Positions 18,460 through 28,785 are shown, numbered from the stretch's first letter. The stretch: 56,038 nucleotides of DNA from Cyclobacteriaceae bacterium (GCA_044228905.1 JBGATZ010000001.1:1-56038), one strand, 5' to 3'. Program-made: numbers and translations. The notes: generated from the letters alone by a model not told the origin.

Positions 18460-19338
18460 TCATCCCATGATGGAAATCATGTCCAATACCTTTCGGCCGA
18501 GCTTCTGATCACCGCTGAAAAGCATTCTTTTCTCTGCTTCTTCTTTGGAAAGACCTTTGGTAAAGAGTTGCCATGCATCAGAAGGGGCGATTTCCACTAA
18601 AGAGGAAATTGTGGAAGGTGTTTTAGTAAACTCCCAACCGGAAGCACTCTTTAATATAGACCATTTGCCTCCCGTCTCACCTGTAACAATCACACTCAAT
18701 GAAGTACCTTCTTCGGCAACGACATCTTTATAGGTATGAGGTAATGCACGCATGAAGGTATCGATCAACGGAAAGAAGAATTGCTTCTCCATGATTCCTT
18801 GTTTACCAACTGCTTCGCGGATCTGCTGCTGGTGATGCCACTTTTCCGTGTACTCACGTGCAATGTGAAACCAGTTTTGTGATTCTTCTTCACCTGCCCA
18901 CGCTACTGAGAACAATGCAGGCTTAAACGGATCTAGCTTTTGAATGCCTTCGAAATATTCTTTACCGGTAAGTTCAAGCAACTCAACCAACAATGCTGGA
19001 CTTACACGCTTCATCGCATTCACCCAATCGGCATTGATGCCATTCAGGAAATTCACAAGATCCTGATAACTGTTGATGTTCTCTGGTTTTAGTCCAAAGT
19101 GATTATCACGCAACATGGAAATGAAGCGCACATTCCCATCCAGCAAATGTGCGGCAATGTCTTTCACGGTCCATTGCTTGGCCAAAGTGGGTTTGTTCCA
19201 TTCTTCATTTGAAAGTGACTTCAATAACTCAATCAGCTTTGCATCCAAAGGCTGAAAGAGGTGAAGAGTAGGGATGGGGATTTCTCTTGTTGTTGACACT
19301 AGTAATCGTTGATTTAGAAATTCATAAATCTTTTGCAC
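18460..19338 (-). CDS. maleylpyruvate isomerase N-terminal (MDMPI/DinB superfamily) metalloprotein
   Basis: EEW..PT....WTVKDIAAHL and EKWHHQQQIREAVG motifs. The true start is probably GTG 19299. Confidence 0.82.
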   Translation of the reverse strand: MQKIYEFLNQRLLVSTTREIPIPTLHLFQPLDAKLIELLKSLSNEEWNKPTLAKQWTVKDIAAHLLDGNVRFISMLRDNHFGLKPENINSYQDLVNFLNGINADWVNAMKRVSPALLVELLELTGKEYFEGIQKLDPFKPALFSVAWAGEEESQNWFHIAREYTEKWHHQQQIREAVGKQGIMEKQFFFPLIDTFMRALPHTYKDVVAEEGTSLSVIVTGETGGKWSILKSASGWEFTKTPSTISSLVEIAPSDAWQLFTKGLSKEEAEKRMLFSGDQKLGRKVLDMISIMG

Positions 19339-19522
19339 CTATACTTAAAAGGAAATCAATAATCTCTTTGTTGTTGCCATCTCTTGCCGCCATTAGAGGT
19401 GTTATTCCTTCTTGCCCGATTGAATTTACATCTATGCCTTCACTTATTAATTTCTTGACTTGATCAATGTGACCGTAGTAGCACATTTCAAGTAGCTCTC
19501 CGAGTCTGCTTGATTGTTCCAA
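19322..19522 (-). CDS. small ankyrin-repeat protein
   Basis: GHIDQVKKLISEGIDVN and GITPLMAA..GN.KEIIDFLLSIGA ankyrin consensus; TTG start. Confidence 0.75.
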   Translation of the reverse strand: MEQSSRLGELLEMCYYGHIDQVKKLISEGIDVNSIGQEGITPLMAARDGNNKEIIDFLLSIGAKDL

Positions 19523-19592
19523 TATTTAATGACGTTTTATTATCTAATTTAAGCCATCAATGAGTAGAATTTGTCAATTGCCTACTGTCAAC

Positions 19593-21797
19593 TTATCTCC
19601 CTCCCGGAGGACAATACATTCTCAAATAGTTAGTGTACAAAGTGGAAAGATGCTCTGACGTTCCTTCTCCTTCTGAAATACTGTGTGTGCGATTGGGATA
19701 CGCCATAAACTGAAACTGCTTGTTGTATTTCACCAGTTCATTGATCAGCATTTCGGCATTGTTGTAATGCACGTTGTCGTCACCTGTGCCATGGATGTAA
19801 AGCAGATTGCCTTTAAGATTCTTAGCGTAGGTGATCGGTGAGCCATCAATAAAGTCCTGAAGGTTTTCCTGTGGCAAGCCCATGTATCTTTCCTGGTACA
19901 TGTTATCGTATGTGAGTTGATTAGCTACAGCAGCAACAGCAATACCGGTTTTATAAATGTCGGGATACTGGAACATCAGGTTTAATGTTGCAGAGCCACC
20001 GCCACTCCAGCCCCATACGGCAATGCGCTCTCCATCTACAAACTTCCATTTCAATATTTCTTTAGCTGCATTGGCCTGGTCGCTGATGTTGATTTGTCCA
20101 ACTTTGCGGTAAATGCTTTTTCTCCACGCTCTTCCTTTTGGTGCGGGCGTTCCTCTGTTGTCAATCGACATATAAATGTATCCTTCATCAGCCATGCTTC
20201 CATTGAAGAGATAATTTTCTGCCGAGCCATACGAGTCGTGCACGTTTGCTCCCCAGGGCTCTGTGTACACAAAGAATACCACCGGATATTTTTTAGCCGC
20301 ATTGAAATTGGTTGGCTTCACCATCCATCCATCCATTTCAACTCCATCTGCTGTTTTGACTTTAAAGAACTCTACTTTCTTTTCTTCTGTTGCTGCGGCC
20401 AGCTTTGATTTGATGCTTTCTTTTTCATTCAACGCTTTGTGATCAGGCAAGCTGATCATCTCATTGACTGGTTTTGTAAATGTGTTATTGAAAGAATGCA
20501 AAGCAAACTTCCCACCGGGTGCAATGGTGTAGTCATGCGTACCGGAAAGTTCAGAAGGAGAAACCAAATCCGCTTTACCAGTTCCATCTAACTTAGTTTT
20601 ATACAAATACTTCTGGGTAGCATTAGTAGGTGAGGCCAGGAAGTAAACGGTATTTGTTTTCTCATCCACCAGTCTTAAATCCATCACATCATAATCTCCT
20701 TTTGTAACAAGTGTTTCCTTACCTTCTTTACTGATGCGATACAAATGTCGCCAGCCGTCCTTCTCACTCATCCACAAAAATTCTTTTCCGGAATTGATCC
20801 ATTGAAACTTATGTCGGAAGTCAATCGCGTATACATTTTCCCATGGAGTATAAATGTCAATCCATGCTTCGTCTTTGTCCGACTGAATGAGTTTTGCCAC
20901 ACCAGACATCGGATTGCACGAATAGATTTTGCTTTCATTCTGTTTGCGATTCATTTGCTGCACAAACAATTCCGTAGGTGAATTCCATTCGATTCGTGGA
21001 ATGTAATTCTGTTGTGCATCGCCAGGAATGGCAAGCCAGTTGGTTTTTTTTGTGTTGACATCCACCACACCAACACGTGCTGGTGATGGATTTTGCCCTG
21101 ACACCGGATACTCTACCGGAACAATCTTTGAGTAAACTGAATCCGTATTATTGATCATATTGAAGTCGGGGATCTTCGTTGCATCAATCTCCCAATAAGC
21201 AATGCGCTGGCTATCGGGGCTCCATTGAAATCCATCGCGGCAGGCAAACTCTTCTTCATATGCCCAGTCAAATGTTCCGTTAATCAGTTTACGTGATCCA
21301 TTGGTGGTCAGCATTTGAATGCGATTCGTGATGAGGTCTTCAACGAATACATTATGTTCACTCACATACCCTACTTTATTTCCATCGGGAGAGAACTTGG
21401 AAAAAATTAATGAAGAAGCAGGTTGGCTCAGTCCTAACTTACGAAGTTTTCTGGACTTCAGATCAAACACCCAATAGTCACCGCGGGTATCCAGGCGCCA
21501 TACCTTTTTGGTATTGGTATAGATCAGCACTTTGCTTTGATCGTCAGAAAAATAAAAGGTCCGGATTTTCAGGTTGCTCATTCCCGGGTAAGTGAGATCG
21601 GCTTTAGTTATCAGTACTTTTTTGCCATTGTCCGGCAACGTGTACTGAACAATTTCATCTCCTTCAATACGATAATACCCATTGCCTTCCCGGGTCCAGC
21701 GGATGCCTTGTTGAGCCTCGGCAATGAGGGTGACAACGAGGAAAAGGATAAGAGTACACGTCTGTTTTATTCTGTGGAATGGAACCATGACCTTCAT
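19593..21797 (-). CDS. S9B dipeptidyl-peptidase IV family serine peptidase
   Basis: DPPIV N-terminal DWAYEEE; catalytic WGWSGGG, HGTGDDNVH and HSI motifs. A signal peptide follows ATG 21797. Confidence 0.92.
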   Translation of the reverse strand: MKVMVPFHRIKQTCTLILFLVVTLIAEAQQGIRWTREGNGYYRIEGDEIVQYTLPDNGKKVLITKADLTYPGMSNLKIRTFYFSDDQSKVLIYTNTKKVWRLDTRGDYWVFDLKSRKLRKLGLSQPASSLIFSKFSPDGNKVGYVSEHNVFVEDLITNRIQMLTTNGSRKLINGTFDWAYEEEFACRDGFQWSPDSQRIAYWEIDATKIPDFNMINNTDSVYSKIVPVEYPVSGQNPSPARVGVVDVNTKKTNWLAIPGDAQQNYIPRIEWNSPTELFVQQMNRKQNESKIYSCNPMSGVAKLIQSDKDEAWIDIYTPWENVYAIDFRHKFQWINSGKEFLWMSEKDGWRHLYRISKEGKETLVTKGDYDVMDLRLVDEKTNTVYFLASPTNATQKYLYKTKLDGTGKADLVSPSELSGTHDYTIAPGGKFALHSFNNTFTKPVNEMISLPDHKALNEKESIKSKLAAATEEKKVEFFKVKTADGVEMDGWMVKPTNFNAAKKYPVVFFVYTEPWGANVHDSYGSAENYLFNGSMADEGYIYMSIDNRGTPAPKGRAWRKSIYRKVGQINISDQANAAKEILKWKFVDGERIAVWGWSGGGSATLNLMFQYPDIYKTGIAVAAVANQLTYDNMYQERYMGLPQENLQDFIDGSPITYAKNLKGNLLYIHGTGDDNVHYNNAEMLINELVKYNKQFQFMAYPNRTHSISEGEGTSEHLSTLYTNYLRMYCPPGGR

Positions 21798-21986
21798 TTT
21801 GTTTTGATATTGGGCGTTAAAGATACTGTTCGCTGGGATATTTCCATTCCAAAAGGTTTTGTGAAGGAATAACCGTATCTTTGCGACCGAGTTCATAAAA
21901 TGAGCGGTCCAATACTTAATGCCTCGTCTTGCGCATTGTATCAGTCTGGTCATTCCTTGTGACCATTACATTATAAACATTAATAC

Positions 21987-23963
21987 ATGAAAACTTTTGA
22001 AACCCTTGGTTTATCCAAAGGGCTGGTGGAGTCAGTGCAGGTGCTTGGCTTCGAAACACCAACTCCTATCCAGGAACAGGCGATTCCCGTTTTGTTAACA
22101 GGTAGTCGCGATTTTGTAGGTCTTGCCCAGACCGGTACTGGAAAAACGGCAGCATTCGGCTTGCCACTTCTTGATCTTGTGAATGACAAGAGCCTTGATA
22201 CACAGGCATTGGTATTGGCTCCAACACGTGAGCTGGGCTTGCAGATTGCCAATGACCTGGAAAACTTCTCTGAAAAATTTAAGCGCTTCAACATCGTAGC
22301 AGTCTACGGTGGTGCTGCCATCAGCGAACAGATTCGTAAAATAAAAAGAGGTGCCCAAATTATTGTAGCAACTCCTGGTCGTTTGATTGATTTGATCGAT
22401 CGCAAAGCAATCAACCTCAGCACTATTAAATATGTAGTATTGGATGAAGCCGATGAAATGCTGAATATGGGCTTTAAAGAAGACCTTGATAAGATCCTTT
22501 CGTTCACTTCTGAAGATAAAAGCACCTGGTTGTTCTCGGCTACCATGCCAAGAGAAGTAAGAGCGATCATGAAGAACTACATGACTGATCCATTCGAACT
22601 TCAGGTAGGAGAGCAGAATAAAGGAAATGCGAACATTGAACACTCGTACGTGATCGTTCAGGATCGTGATAAGTACCTCGCATTGAAGCGCATTCTGGAT
22701 TATACTCCTGAAATTTTTGGATTGATTTTCTGTCGTACACGTATCGACACACAAAAGATTGCTGAAATGCTGATGAAGGATGGCTACAATGCCGATTCAT
22801 TGCATGGTGATTTAACACAGCAACAACGCGATCGGGTGATGATGAAATTCCGTCAGCGTTCATTGCAGATTCTCGTAGCTACCGATGTAGCTGCACGTGG
22901 TATCGATGTGGATGACATCACTCACGTAATTCATTTGAATATTCCGGATGAAATGGAATTCTATACACACCGAAGCGGTCGTACTGCCCGTGCAGGTAAG
23001 AAAGGAATGTCTATTGCCATGATCTCGAAGAGAGAAATGGGAAGAGTGAAGCAGATTGAAAAAACATTGAAAGCTCCGTTCAAGCGAATGATGGTTCCAA
23101 CGGGACCGGAGGTTTGTCAGAAACAGCTTTTGGCGTTGATGCACAAAGTGCACGAAGTGAAAGTGAATGAAGAGGAAATCTCTGCATTCCTTCCGCAAGT
23201 GTATGAAGAACTGGAAGGATTGACCAAGCAGGAATTGATCAAGCGTTTTGCTTCGCTTGAATTCAACCGTTTCCTCGATTACTACCGCAATGCTCCTGAT
23301 TTGAATTCAGATGGCAAGCGTTTCTCAGCAGATGGTGAAGGTGAAGATCGTTATGTAACGGGAAGTCGTTTCTTCATCAACCTGGGTAAGATGGATGGTT
23401 TAGAGAAAGCAGGAATGCTTGAATTACTGGATGATATCACTGGTCTCGAGAAGAAAGATATCGGTAAGATTGACCTGAAAGGCGCGTATTCATTCTTCGA
23501 AGTAGAGAAAGAGGCAGCGGATAAAGTATTGAAAGGATTCCAGGGTGGTGTGGAGTACCAGGGAAGACAGGTAAGAGTGGAACTGACTGCTGATTCAGGT
23601 TCACGTGGAGGATCACGCAGAGATCGTGGTGACCGTAGTGATAGCTCTGAAGGCAGAAGCGGTGGACGCAGAGAAAGAAGTGGCGGTGGATATGGAGACA
23701 GAAGATCATCTTCAGGTTCCGGTGAAAGAAGATCAGGTGGTTATGGAGACAGAAGATCTTCATCAGGTTACGGAGATAAGAGATCATCAGGAGGAGGATA
23801 TAGCGAAAGAAAATCTTCCGGCTCATCATCTTCTTACTCAGAAAAAAAATCTTCGTATTCCGATAAGAAATCTTCCGGATCAAAATTTTCCGATAAGAAA
23901 TCATCAGCTTCGTCTTCAGACGCGAAACACGATCCGAAGAATAAGAAATGGGACTTTAATTAG
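21987..23963 (+). CDS. deaD: DEAD-box RNA helicase (DeaD/CsdA-like, with DbpA-type RNA-binding domain)
   Basis: Q motif, AQTGTGKT, PTREL, TPGR, DEAD, SAT, ARGID and HRSGRTAR motifs; C-terminal RBD and G/R/S/K-rich tail. Confidence 0.9.
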   Translation: MKTFETLGLSKGLVESVQVLGFETPTPIQEQAIPVLLTGSRDFVGLAQTGTGKTAAFGLPLLDLVNDKSLDTQALVLAPTRELGLQIANDLENFSEKFKRFNIVAVYGGAAISEQIRKIKRGAQIIVATPGRLIDLIDRKAINLSTIKYVVLDEADEMLNMGFKEDLDKILSFTSEDKSTWLFSATMPREVRAIMKNYMTDPFELQVGEQNKGNANIEHSYVIVQDRDKYLALKRILDYTPEIFGLIFCRTRIDTQKIAEMLMKDGYNADSLHGDLTQQQRDRVMMKFRQRSLQILVATDVAARGIDVDDITHVIHLNIPDEMEFYTHRSGRTARAGKKGMSIAMISKREMGRVKQIEKTLKAPFKRMMVPTGPEVCQKQLLALMHKVHEVKVNEEEISAFLPQVYEELEGLTKQELIKRFASLEFNRFLDYYRNAPDLNSDGKRFSADGEGEDRYVTGSRFFINLGKMDGLEKAGMLELLDDITGLEKKDIGKIDLKGAYSFFEVEKEAADKVLKGFQGGVEYQGRQVRVELTADSGSRGGSRRDRGDRSDSSEGRSGGRRERSGGGYGDRRSSSGSGERRSGGYGDRRSSSGYGDKRSSGGGYSERKSSGSSSSYSEKKSSYSDKKSSGSKFSDKKSSASSSDAKHDPKNKKWDFN

Positions 23964-23976
23964 TCTTTAAAATTCG

Positions 23977-24004
23977 AAACGCCTGCTGATCAGCAGGCGT
24001 TTTT
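23977..24004 (+). terminator. intrinsic terminator after the helicase gene
   Basis: AAACGCCTGCTGATCAGCAGGCGTTTTT palindrome with T tract. Confidence 0.75.
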
Positions 24005-24015
24005 GTTTTGTGTCC

Positions 24016-24064
24016 TGTCAGCCTGAGCTTGTCGAAGGCAGGTTTCGACAGGCTCAACCTGACA
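24016..24064. repeat. REP-like palindromic repeat, copy 2
   Basis: TGTCAGCCTGAGCTTGTCGAAGGCAGGTTTCGACAGGCTCAACCTGACA. Confidence 0.85.
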
Positions 24065-24077
24065 CAAAGTAATCACC

Positions 24078-24938
24078 ATGAGTTTAGTTCTTTATAAAAA
24101 TATCTCTATCGAAGGAGTCAATCTCTTCTATCGCGAAGCAGGAGATTCACAGAATCCAACAATCTTATTGCTTCATGGATTTCCATCGTCCTCGCACATG
24201 TATCGTGATCTGATTCATGATCTGGCCAATGACTATCATCTGATCGCTCCCGATTATCCGGGATTTGGAAACAGCGATATGCCTGCACGTAGTCAGTATC
24301 AATACGCGTTTGATAATCTCTCGCTCACAATAGAGAAATTCATTGATGCATTATCACTGAAGAAATTTCATCTTTACATGCAGGACTACGGTGCTCCGGT
24401 AGGTTATCGCATTGCCGTACGCAGACCAGAACTGATTCAGTCCTTGATCATTCAAAATGCAAATGCCTATGAGGAAGGCCTCGGTCCGGCTATCGAAGAT
24501 GGAAAACGATTCTGGGCAAACCGGAACGAGGAAACCGAAAATGCAATGCGTCAGATACTCACGCTCGAAGGAACAAAGATTCAATACCTCGATGGAGCAG
24601 AGAATCCAGAACGAGTCTCGCCTGATTCTTACTATCATGACTTTCACTTACTTGAAAGACCCGGCAATAAAGAAATTCAACTGGACCTACTTTACGATTA
24701 CCGGAACAACATCAAACAATATCCTATCTGGCAGAATTATCTCCGAATACATCAACCTCCTGCGTTAATCACCTGGGGGAAGAATGACGCGCTGTTCACT
24801 GCAAAAGGCGCTGTTGCGTATTTGAAAGATTTGCCACAGGCTGATCTTCATCTATTTAATACCGGGCATTTTGCACTGGAAGAGTTTCACAAAGAAATTT
24901 CGCTTCTTATAAGAGATTTTATTCAACGGAACAGGTAA
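24078..24938 (+). CDS. alpha/beta hydrolase (epoxide hydrolase / haloalkane dehalogenase-like)
   Basis: LLHGFP, APDYPGFG, Asp nucleophile MQDYG, WGKND and GHFALE motifs. Confidence 0.88.
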   Translation: MSLVLYKNISIEGVNLFYREAGDSQNPTILLLHGFPSSSHMYRDLIHDLANDYHLIAPDYPGFGNSDMPARSQYQYAFDNLSLTIEKFIDALSLKKFHLYMQDYGAPVGYRIAVRRPELIQSLIIQNANAYEEGLGPAIEDGKRFWANRNEETENAMRQILTLEGTKIQYLDGAENPERVSPDSYYHDFHLLERPGNKEIQLDLLYDYRNNIKQYPIWQNYLRIHQPPALITWGKNDALFTAKGAVAYLKDLPQADLHLFNTGHFALEEFHKEISLLIRDFIQRNR

Positions 24939-25023
24939 GTAGTTCCAAGGATATAAGATTTTGGGTCAAGAGACGTTATGAACTACTTTTACCAGCTAAT
25001 AGCAATCAACCCCAAAACCTATT

Positions 25024-26310
25024 ATGTATCGAATTGCCTTTGTTCTAGCCATAGTGTATATTCTATCTGCCTGCTCGGACAATGATCCGGGTATAAAAGA
25101 TATAAGCTTTATGTTTCATGTATCTGACGATTACATAAGCAGTAACGCCAAGGGATGGGTGTTTTTTTCTGACGAATCAGGAGAAACAGTTTATTTATCG
25201 GAATTGATTAATGGGTCCACTGTTGAGTTTAAAACGATTCTTCAAACTAAACTTACTGCAACCATTTTTGTTTATGGCGAACTGCCCACAGCTCCTTCTG
25301 GGTCGATCAATTCTTTTATTTTAAGAAGCTATGTAAATATTCGTCCGGATGAATATCTTCTTGATCACAAAGAATCTGATCTTGGTTTTGATCCTCTTGA
25401 TGCTAAACGAATAGATCTTACTGTTAAATTATCCTATCCTCTCAATAACGTCAGCGTTTTTGGTCAGGGACTTAAGTATTCTTCATCCAGTTATTCAACC
25501 AATGGAGATATGCATTTTGACAATATTCTCACTGAAAGTCCTAGTGACTTGACGTGTGTTGTGTTCCAGAACAGCTCTACGGCTCCATTTTATAAAAAAC
25601 TCGGTAACACAACTGCCGGAATTCCACTTGTTGTTTCCGTAGACGAAATGCTTCCTATGGAGAACAAACACGAAATATTTCTTGCTGAGGCTGATTATTC
25701 ATCCTATTGGCTGGCTGGTGTAGACAAAAATGGTGATCAATGGGATATGTATGGTGATTCCAGGTATCCGGATTCTAATCCGGAAATACTTCCCATCTAC
25801 TATACTAAAACCGAATTTGATCAAATAATAACTAATGTTTCATTTCACACCAGCACTACTGTTTACGTTTATGATCTTATTGACACAAAACCTGCCGGCC
25901 AGTTTTCAAAGATCAATGCAGATATTGTGTCCTTCAATGGCTCAAAGGGAACGATTACTGCAAAAGTAAATGGCGTATATGATCTGTTCAACTCAGACTA
26001 TTTTGAATCTATCAAAGAGGGAAACCAAACCCAAAGATATTATTGGTCCGTTACCTTTCCCGGAAATCCCGGTTATGCTCCACCTCCTACCTCTGAAATA
26101 AATTTTAAGGTTCCATCTATACCTGAAGAGCTTCGCAAAAAATATAATCAGATTGATCTGATGAAACCAAACTTTACTAAACCAACTATAACCGATTACA
26201 CGGAGATACCAGAATATACTGATTGTTTTAAAGCAGAAATGTCTGACAAGGATTTTTATAAAGTTTCAAAGGCACGTACGATGCAGATTAAGTTTCTAAA
26301 TCAATTTTAA
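25024..26310 (+). CDS. hypothetical lipoprotein
   Basis: Lipobox ILSAC followed by acidic SDND; 428 aa, beta-rich, no recognisable family motif. Confidence 0.7.
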   Translation: MYRIAFVLAIVYILSACSDNDPGIKDISFMFHVSDDYISSNAKGWVFFSDESGETVYLSELINGSTVEFKTILQTKLTATIFVYGELPTAPSGSINSFILRSYVNIRPDEYLLDHKESDLGFDPLDAKRIDLTVKLSYPLNNVSVFGQGLKYSSSSYSTNGDMHFDNILTESPSDLTCVVFQNSSTAPFYKKLGNTTAGIPLVVSVDEMLPMENKHEIFLAEADYSSYWLAGVDKNGDQWDMYGDSRYPDSNPEILPIYYTKTEFDQIITNVSFHTSTTVYVYDLIDTKPAGQFSKINADIVSFNGSKGTITAKVNGVYDLFNSDYFESIKEGNQTQRYYWSVTFPGNPGYAPPPTSEINFKVPSIPEELRKKYNQIDLMKPNFTKPTITDYTEIPEYTDCFKAEMSDKDFYKVSKARTMQIKFLNQF

Positions 26311-27635
26311 CTGATCCTACTGGCGTATTCGATACAATCTCCAACCGACACACCTGAAACATAATTTCCTGCAAAGGAAATGGAAGGGGTTCTAACTTCA
26401 AATGACTTAAGTTGCTTCAGAATATTCTGATGGCCTACTTCAAACTGCGGAATGGCATTATTCCACTCCTGCACACGAAGCATGTGAATAGCTGTGGGTT
26501 TTAGAATCGAGTTGAATTCCTTAATCGCATCTTCTACTCTGGCTTCAAAAGGGTACGGACGGGTTCCCCCGCAAAACAATGCAAAGAGTTTCTTCCCTTC
26601 CGGTGATTTACCCGGGAAGATGTTGGAGATGCAAATGGCTCCCAAAAGGGAAAGACGTTCTTCTGCAGGAACTAAAAATCCAAAGCCATCAAATGCTTTT
26701 TTATCATTCAGATCCACTTCACAATAAATCTGGTGAACATGTGTGTATCTGATTTTGCTTAGCAGATCGGATACTTCGGCATCGATGTCTTTAAGCAATG
26801 ATGCGGAAGCATAAGCAGGAAGTGTCAGAAATACTTTATCGAAGGTTTGATCGCTTAGGTTGTCGTTTTCTTTTATTGTCACTGTTGGCTTACCCTCATT
26901 CAATTTAAGAGCGGTTACTTCAGCGGATAAATGTACATCACCATTCAGATTTTTCTGAAGAGCCTCAATCAATTTACCAAAACCGCCTTTCATAGAAATG
27001 ATCTTACGCCCGGTTTTTAGTTTATCTTTCTCTTTCATGAGACCTCTGATCACTGATCCGTGTTCCTTAGCCAATCGCTTCACCAATGGAAGTGTGGATG
27101 AAATACTTAACGCTTCTGAATCGCCTGCGTAAATTCCATTTAGCACCGGGTTGAATAACTTCTGATGTGCTTCGTCTCCAAAATGTCTTGACACAAACTG
27201 TTGTACCGTTTCATCTTCGATCTGTTCTCTGGAAGGTTTGATAAATAGATCTTTCAGTAACCGGATTCTTGCTCCGAATGAAAGAATCGGATGTGTCAAT
27301 AACTTCGGTGGACTGGGCTCAATTGCATGAATTTTTCTATTGGAAAAAATGTAGCGCTTAGATACCGCGCTTTGTGCCATTAATACCTCACTCTCCAGAT
27401 TCAATTCAGCGATAAGCGTTCGCAGTGATTCTGTTTCTGCACAACTCACCGGGCCGAGATCGAGTTCAAAACCATCGGCATGAGAAGTTCTGATTTTCCC
27501 TCCTGCTTTGTTTGAAGACTCAAAGACAGTAACCTTATAGCCCTTCTTTTTCAAACTGTAAGCCAATACCAATCCACTGATGCCGGCACCAACTACTGCT
27601 ATGGATTGTATTTGATTATGGTTACTCATCTTCAT
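26307..27635 (-). CDS. hemG: HemY-type FAD-dependent protoporphyrinogen oxidase
   Basis: VVGAGISGL Rossmann motif; GGKIRT, GIYAGD, GFGFLVP, AIPQF and GVSVGDCI motifs; adjacent to hemH. Confidence 0.88.
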   Translation of the reverse strand: MKMSNHNQIQSIAVVGAGISGLVLAYSLKKKGYKVTVFESSNKAGGKIRTSHADGFELDLGPVSCAETESLRTLIAELNLESEVLMAQSAVSKRYIFSNRKIHAIEPSPPKLLTHPILSFGARIRLLKDLFIKPSREQIEDETVQQFVSRHFGDEAHQKLFNPVLNGIYAGDSEALSISSTLPLVKRLAKEHGSVIRGLMKEKDKLKTGRKIISMKGGFGKLIEALQKNLNGDVHLSAEVTALKLNEGKPTVTIKENDNLSDQTFDKVFLTLPAYASASLLKDIDAEVSDLLSKIRYTHVHQIYCEVDLNDKKAFDGFGFLVPAEERLSLLGAICISNIFPGKSPEGKKLFALFCGGTRPYPFEARVEDAIKEFNSILKPTAIHMLRVQEWNNAIPQFEVGHQNILKQLKSFEVRTPSISFAGNYVSGVSVGDCIEYASRIS

Positions 27636-27741
27636 CGTTGAACCACTTCGTGGTTCTGGTTACTTCACTTTTCTTCGTCTGCAAATTTCATTTGCGGTTA
27701 TTTGGACTTAACCCTCCGGGTTGACCTCTTTCGTTTTTCAA

Positions 27742-28785
27742 TTATGCCCATAATGGTGCATGTTCTTTTTCACGTTCGTTGCAATACGATGCAAATGTTT
27801 TCACCCACGGATTAAAATCATTCAGGCATGGAATGACCTGAAATGATTCTCCACCTGAATTCAAAAACGATTCTTTACCAGCTATTGCAATTTCTTCTAC
27901 TGTCTCCAGGCAATCGGCAACAAATGCTGGACACACGATCAATAATTTCTTCACTCCTTCTTTGGGTAGTTCCTGAAGGCGATCGGCTGTTGCTGGTAAG
28001 ATCCATTCATCTCTTCCCAATCGCGATTGAAAGGAGATCGCATATTGGTTTTTATCCAAGCCTAATTCTTTGGCAACCAGATGCGAAGTTTGAGTAACCT
28101 GATGTTTGTAGCAGGTATCCCATGCAGGCGAAGGCGTGTCGCAGCAGTTCACACAGCTATAACAATGCTTGCCAGTAGTATCTGATTTCTTTAAATGCCT
28201 TACGGGCAATCCATGATAACTAAACAACAACTGATCAAACTCCTTTTCAATAAATGGTTTGATACTTTGAGCTACACTTTTAATGTAATCTTTCTCATCA
28301 TAAAACGGCTTCAATACTTTTACTTTCACTGACGGCCAATTTTTCTTCAATTCATTTTCTACATGAACCAATGCCGTCTCATACGAAGACATGGCATAAT
28401 GCGGATACATCGGTGCAATGAAGACTTCTTTCAATCCATTTGTCTTTTCATTCAACTCTTTCAATGCCGCTGCCGGAGTTGGATTGCCATAACGCATCGC
28501 CACACTGATCGGTAAACCAACTTCCTTTTCCAATTTGTGTACAAAAGCATTGGTGAATACTTTCAATGGCGGTCCTTCGGGTGTCCAGACAGAGGCATAG
28601 GCATGGGCCGAACGTTTGGGACGCGTGGGAAGAATAAATCCTTCTACAATCAGTGCGCGGATGAGGTATGGAGCATCGATTACGCGACCATCCATTAAAA
28701 ACTCCCGCAGGTATTTTTTTACGTCTTTTACTTCAGCGCTATCGGGCGAGCCGAGGTTCAAAATGAGAAGTCCAGTGCCATTCAT
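27742..28785 (-). CDS. hemH: ferrochelatase
   Basis: LNLGSP, YLREFLMD, AMRYGNP, FSYHGLP, FQSRLG, FVADCLET and PCLND motifs. Confidence 0.95.
   Translation of the reverse strand: MNGTGLLILNLGSPDSAEVKDVKKYLREFLMDGRVIDAPYLIRALIVEGFILPTRPKRSAHAYASVWTPEGPPLKVFTNAFVHKLEKEVGLPISVAMRYGNPTPAAALKELNEKTNGLKEVFIAPMYPHYAMSSYETALVHVENELKKNWPSVKVKVLKPFYDEKDYIKSVAQSIKPFIEKEFDQLLFSYHGLPVRHLKKSDTTGKHCYSCVNCCDTPSPAWDTCYKHQVTQTSHLVAKELGLDKNQYAISFQSRLGRDEWILPATADRLQELPKEGVKKLLIVCPAFVADCLETVEEIAIAGKESFLNSGGESFQVIPCLNDFNPWVKTFASYCNEREKEHAPLWA

Noticed and set aside
15900-19522. Genomic island integrated at tRNA-Ala
   Set aside because: No integrase gene and no duplicated tRNA 3' end were seen.
21798-21953. 52-aa N-terminal extension of the S9 peptidase in the ORF track
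   Set aside because: It overlaps the helicase promoter and leader, and the signal peptide begins after ATG 21797.
21980-23904. Long antisense or overlapping ORFs (e.g. 22095..22754 -, 23437..23904 -) and similar shadow ORFs elsewhere
   Set aside because: They lie on conserved genes or low-complexity repeats and show no protein-family motifs.
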